A stretch of 64,000 nt of DNA from an uncultured Chloroflexia bacterium (GTDB lineage Bacteria > Chloroflexota > Anaerolineae > CG2-30-64-16), in contig CAVZDU010000002.1 of the NCBI GenBank assembly GCA_963774265.1, positions 480,001 through 544,000 of the forward strand, read 5' to 3'. Under the pieces are notes generated by a model. The model saw only the letters and a program-made list of their open reading frames with translations, made no database searches and was not told the DNA's origin. Made by a program: the position numbers and the translations under genes. Below, piece after piece: positions 62,658 to 64,000 of this stretch. Positions within the stretch are counted from its first letter, which is position 1. Each line of letters begins with the position of its first letter.

Positions 62658-64000
62658 TCAGGGTTTGGATTCCCGGGTTGTCCGCTCCTCCCCTTGGTGC
62701 TGGATCAACTTGGCGACCAGCGCGGTCCACCCGGTCTGATGACTGGCACCGATGCCCGCTCCGTTATCACCGTGGAAGTATTCATAAAACAGGATGTAGT
62801 CGCGCCAATATGGATCGCGTTGGAAAGTGTCCTGCCCGCCAAAGACCGGCCGCTGCCCGTTCTTGTCCCGTAGGAAGATGCGGATGAGCCGGCTTGAAAG
62901 TTCATCGGCAATCTGCCCCAGCGTCAGGAGCTGCCCCGAGCCTGTTGGGCACTCGACCTTGAATTCGTCGCCATAGTAGTGATGGAACTGCTGCAGAGAC
63001 TCGATGATCAGGTAGTTGACCGGAAACCAGACCGGGCCGCGCCAGTTGGAGTTGCCACCAAACAACTCTCCTTGCGATTCGGCCGGCCAATACCGGACCA
63101 CATGGCGAACTCCACCCATTTCGAAAACATAAGGATGCTGGGCATAGACGCTAGAGAGCGCCCGCACACCATGGGGCGACAGAAACTCGCTGTCGTCCAG
63201 CATGCGGCGCAGCACGCCCTTCATACGGTGCCCACGCAGGATCGCCAGCAACCGTCGCTCGCCAACCCCCGGCTCATCCCAGCGCGAGACCAGTTTGGCC
63301 AGGTGTGGGCGGTGCTCGAGGAACCATTCCATGTGCCTCTTGAAGTCAGGTAGGGCATCCAGCACCGTCGGCTCGATGGTCATTACCGCGAAGAGTGGGA
63401 TCAATCCCACCATCGAGCGCAGCGTGATTTGCTGGCTGACCCCCTGTCCGCAATGTAACACATCATAGAAGAAGTCATCGTGATCGTCCCAAAGGGCGAT
63501 GCCCTCGCCGGCAACATGGTTCATGGCTGCCGCGATATACAGAAAGTGCTCGAAGAACTTGGTGGCCATATCCTCATAGGTGCGGTCGTGGACGGCCAGC
63601 TCCAGGGCGATGGTCAGCATGTTCAGGCAGAACATGCCCATCCAGGCCGTTCCATCGCTCTGTTCCAGGTGACCGCCGTCAGGAAGCGGCGCACCACGAT
63701 CGAACACCCCGATGTTGTCGAGTCCCAGGAAACCACCCTGGAAGATGTTCCGCCCTTCGAAGTCCTTGCGGTTGACCCACCACATGAAGTTCATCAGGAG
63801 CTTGTGGAACATCCGCTCCAGGAACTGGAGGTCGCGCACCCCGTGGCGCTTCTGCTGGATCTCGTAAACGCGCCAGGCAGCCCAGGCCTGAACCGGCGGG
63901 TTGACGTCTCCAAAGCTCCACTCGTACGCGGGCATCTGACCATTCGGATGCTGATACCACTCGCGGCCCATGAGCATGAGCTGGCTCTTGGCATATTCGG
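62658..64000 (-). CDS. GH63/MGH1-like glucosidase, 5'-truncated by the window edge
   Basis: [68 protein letters not shown]. Confidence 0.88.
   Translation of the reverse strand, partial: EYAKSQLMLMGREWYQHPNGQMPAYEWSFGDVNPPVQAWAAWRVYEIQQKRHGVRDLQFLERMFHKLLMNFMWWVNRKDFEGRNIFQGGFLGLDNIGVFDRGAPLPDGGHLEQSDGTAWMGMFCLNMLTIALELAVHDRTYEDMATKFFEHFLYIAAAMNHVAGEGIALWDDHDDFFYDVLHCGQGVSQQITLRSMVGLIPLFAVMTIEPTVLDALPDFKRHMEWFLEHRPHLAKLVSRWDEPGVGERRLLAILRGHRMKGVLRRMLDDSEFLSPHGVRALSSVYAQHPYVFEMGGVRHVVRYWPAESQGELFGGNSNWRGPVWFPVNYLIIESLQQFHHYYGDEFKVECPTGSGQLLTLGQIADELSSRLIRIFLRDKNGQRPVFGGQDTFQRDPYWRDYILFYEYFHGDNGAGIGASHQTGWTALVAKLIQHQGEERTTRESKP

Overview
High-GC bacterial window, probably from Chloroflexota (inferred from the xLPxVxR-type C-terminus and architecture of the giant protein). 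1-24.6 kb: an intact, co-directional extracellular contractile injection system (eCIS; Afp/PVC/MAC/AlgoCIS-like) with sheath, two tubes, Afp6, LysM/Afp7, VgrG, PAAR, gp25, two large baseplate proteins, an Afp13-like fibre, a tape measure and an AAA ATPase. Between the tape measure and the ATPase sits a 1643-aa DUF4157 cargo with a C-terminal His-Me endonuclease and an HhH-like domain, followed by a SMI1/KNR4-like immunity gene. The fibre has an internal transmembrane-like helix and a (PPVVQ)n tail. 24.9-40.4 kb: one giant gene of about 5160 aa, split by three +1 frameshifts, encoding membrane anchors, Ca-binding repeats, a hydrophobic helix cluster, six LamG domains, Ig-like domains and DUF11. 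40.7-45.1 kb: accessory hotspot with a desaturase, a toxin-antitoxin pair, attC-like half sites around GNAT and Imm5-like genes, ~81-bp direct repeats, IS remnants and a tRNA-Val 3' fragment that may be an island att site. 45-64 kb: two-component system, P-type ATPase, GH3, zwf, sucB/sucA, glycogen debranching enzyme and a GH63-like glucosidase. Many of these carry frameshifts that look like long-read indel errors. All family assignments are by motif recognition; no searches were run.
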